From positions 2,560,001 to 2,624,000 of the forward strand of contig CBDHHL010000032.1 of assembly GCA_965263355.1 (NCBI GenBank): 64,000 nucleotides of DNA. The letters are read 5' to 3'. A program made the translations under genes and the position numbers. This stretch comes from Leptolyngbyaceae cyanobacterium (GTDB lineage Bacteria; Cyanobacteriota; Cyanobacteriia; Phormidesmidales; Phormidesmidaceae). Positions 61,668-64,000 of the stretch are shown in pieces; position 1 is the stretch's first letter, and each line of letters starts with the position of its first letter. A model generated the notes under the pieces. The model saw only the letters and a list, made by a program, of their open reading frames with translations. It did not search any database and had not been told where the DNA came from.

Positions 61668-63185
61668 TTACAACAGGGCCTTCTTATCCAACTTCCCTAA
61701 CGCTGTATAGGGTAACTCCTCACGAAACTCAATTATCCCAGGCATCTGATACCGCGCTACCCTCGGCTTTAACCAATCTCGCAACACTGACGCCTCTAAC
61801 CCACCATTCCTGACCACTACCGCCTTTAACCGTTGGCCAAACTCCTGGTCAGCGATGCCAATAACGACCGCAGCTTCAATCTCTGGATGCTGCAACAAAA
61901 CAGACTCTAACTCAATTGGGTAAACATTTTCACCCCCCGAGACAATCATGTCATCTGAACGACCACAAAGAAAAATATCACCGGCCTCGTCACAATAGGC
62001 CAAATCACCCGTTTCTACCCAATGCTGCCGATTGGTAGACCAGGCACTGCGAATGCACAGCCGACCAATTTTACCCTGACCCTCCGTCATAATTTTTGCA
62101 TGCACCCCCCTGACTGGCTGCCCAATAGACTGGGGTTTCTGGCGCAACAGATCTGGCGTACCCATAATGCAAAACCCAGCTTCTGATGTGCCATACAGGT
62201 TAAACAATGTCGGTCCTAGCTGCTCTAGGGTATCTGTTGCCAGCTCCGATCGCAACAATGCTCCCCCCGTCAGTACCCGCTGCAACGACTGCAGGCTACT
62301 TGCATCATGCCTGAGCATGCGCTGCAACATGAGTGGCACCAGGGTGACTACTTGAATCTTGTTTCTAGCAATTAGCCCACAGGCCTGTTCAGTATTAAAT
62401 CGCTGAGTTACATACAGCTCTGCCCCCAAGGCCACACCAATTAACAATGCCGATAGGCCAAACCCATGGTAGATAGGTGTGGCAATGTATAACGACCGAT
62501 ATCGATCAAGCTGCACCTGACATAATAAGGCAACAAACGGTGGCAAAAACGTCAACAACGATGGCTTACGACTGGCAGGCTTTGGCTGTCCCGTAGTGCC
62601 TCCGGTCATTACCACAATGCGTCCAGGTTTAGTCTTTTTTAGATTGTTCTTCTTTGTACGGCCAGAGGGGGATTCCATCGGTTGAGAAAGCCGATCGATA
62701 GACGATTCTGTTGGATGATATGTGGGCAGAGCGTTATCTTGTAAACCCAGCCGATCGATAGTGCTTTGCTGGTCAGGATCATAAATATAAAAATCAAATT
62801 TCAGCTGGTTTGATAGCGTGACAATCTGTTCTGCACTCATCTCTGGATTGACTAGATAAACATGGGCACCTAACCGAGAGACGGCAAAGATAGCTTTGAT
62901 GGTGGCTGCATGGTTCCGGGTGGCGATCGCAACCCGCTCTGCTTCCCTGACCCCATACTCCTGTCCTAATCCCCTGGCCAACTGTTCACTTTGCTGCCAC
63001 AGTTCCCCATAGCTCAACTGATCTCGCTCATCTACCACTGCCGTTCGCCCAGGATGAAGTTTAGCCGCCAAGCGCAACAGTGCCATCAGGTTTACCCCCG
63101 TTGTCAGTACAGCCTCTAGCAAATAAAAAAGACCTACAGGGGTTAACAAGCGAGTGCGATACAGTTTTCTCAGCAGCGTCATCAT
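61668..63185 (-). CDS. AMP-binding enzyme / acyl-CoA synthetase
   Basis: MTGGTTGQPK, YGTSE, ETGDL, GRSDDMIVSGGENVYP, LGK. Confidence 0.93.
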   Translation of the reverse strand: MMTLLRKLYRTRLLTPVGLFYLLEAVLTTGVNLMALLRLAAKLHPGRTAVVDERDQLSYGELWQQSEQLARGLGQEYGVREAERVAIATRNHAATIKAIFAVSRLGAHVYLVNPEMSAEQIVTLSNQLKFDFYIYDPDQQSTIDRLGLQDNALPTYHPTESSIDRLSQPMESPSGRTKKNNLKKTKPGRIVVMTGGTTGQPKPASRKPSLLTFLPPFVALLCQVQLDRYRSLYIATPIYHGFGLSALLIGVALGAELYVTQRFNTEQACGLIARNKIQVVTLVPLMLQRMLRHDASSLQSLQRVLTGGALLRSELATDTLEQLGPTLFNLYGTSEAGFCIMGTPDLLRQKPQSIGQPVRGVHAKIMTEGQGKIGRLCIRSAWSTNRQHWVETGDLAYCDEAGDIFLCGRSDDMIVSGGENVYPIELESVLLQHPEIEAAVVIGIADQEFGQRLKAVVVRNGGLEASVLRDWLKPRVARYQMPGIIEFREELPYTALGKLDKKALL

Positions 63186-63195
63186 GGGACTGGTA

Positions 63196-63996
63196 TCAAT
63201 GCTTACGTCCGAGAATCACTTCCCAAGACCAACGACCGATTACGGACGCCAGCTGTCCGGCCATCAACCACCAGGGTGCATAGGTACGCCTGCGGGAAAT
63301 AATTGCCTGACATATTAGCTGGGCTACATGCTCCGGCTGCATCGCTGGCATGTTTTTATAGGCCTTTGTCGGCTCAATCATCCGTGTGCGCACCAGCGGT
63401 AGATAAATCGACGTGGTACTCACACCATGGCTATTCAACTCCAGGCCCACACTACGAAACCATTGATCAAATGCTGTTTTTGATGCTTGATAAGCGGCCC
63501 ACTTCGGCGCAGGAATCAACAGCACATTCACTGCCGAAATATTAATAACCTGCCCCTGACGCTTTACCAGGGTAGGAATTAGCCCCAACATCAGCTGCAC
63601 TGGCCCAAAATAATTCAAATTCATAGTGCGGGTAAAATCATGCATCCGATCTAGGGAATCAAATACCGAACGGCGGATCGATTTGCCCGCATTGCTAACA
63701 AAAATGTCGATTTCTGGCAGCCTCTTGAGCAATGCATCAACTTCAGCTGGATTTCTTAAATCACAGGGAAAAATCTCCGCTCGTCCCCCTTTGGCTTCAA
63801 TCCGCTGTTGTACCTGTTCTAATTTTTCAACGGTGCGGGCCACCAACAGTAAATAGGCCCCTGTTGCTGCCAAATAGTCTGCCAGACTTTCACCAATGCC
63901 ATAGCTGGCTCCAGTAATCAGCACCCGCTTCCCGACTAGTCGTTGTTGCAACTTAGCACGACTAAATCCAAGCCATGGAAAAAAAAGAAACTTCAT
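63196..63996 (-). CDS. SDR family oxidoreductase (fatty acyl-CoA reductase-like)
   Basis: TGASYGIG, NAGKSIRRS..DRMHDF.RTM.LNYFG, YQASK. Confidence 0.9.
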   Translation of the reverse strand: MKFLFFPWLGFSRAKLQQRLVGKRVLITGASYGIGESLADYLAATGAYLLLVARTVEKLEQVQQRIEAKGGRAEIFPCDLRNPAEVDALLKRLPEIDIFVSNAGKSIRRSVFDSLDRMHDFTRTMNLNYFGPVQLMLGLIPTLVKRQGQVINISAVNVLLIPAPKWAAYQASKTAFDQWFRSVGLELNSHGVSTTSIYLPLVRTRMIEPTKAYKNMPAMQPEHVAQLICQAIISRRRTYAPWWLMAGQLASVIGRWSWEVILGRKH

Positions 63997-64000
63997 GCTC

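Overview
Cyanobacterial chromosomal DNA (frequent HIP1 GCGATCGC sites, Uma2 genes, glgB; filamentous Leptolyngbya-like by gene content, which is an inference). Ordinary genes occupy about 1-18.5 kb and 57-64 kb, and a Zur-regulated zinc-starvation cluster (hemB-znuACB-cobW-folE, divergent zur) lies at 31.8-38.5 kb. Flanking that cluster are two convergent integron-like gene-cassette arrays, one on + (about 18.6-31.7 kb) and one on - (about 57.1-39.5 kb). Together they hold 8 well-formed attC-like sites plus degenerate ones. Each array starts with the same ~150-bp element of 40-bp-periodic palindromes ending in an attI-like simple site. No integron integrase gene is visible in the window. The cargo is rich in defence and toxin-antitoxin genes. 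The recombination sites are parasitised by two RNA-guided elements: (i) two IS110/IS1111 copies inserted exactly at the G^TT crossover of attC sites, whose downstream non-coding region carries target-matching guide-like segments; (ii) a chloroplast-like group II intron, plus a 5' remnant of a relative, inserted right after the GTTAG(A)C core, with a matching candidate EBS1 loop. All calls were made by eye; no searches were run.
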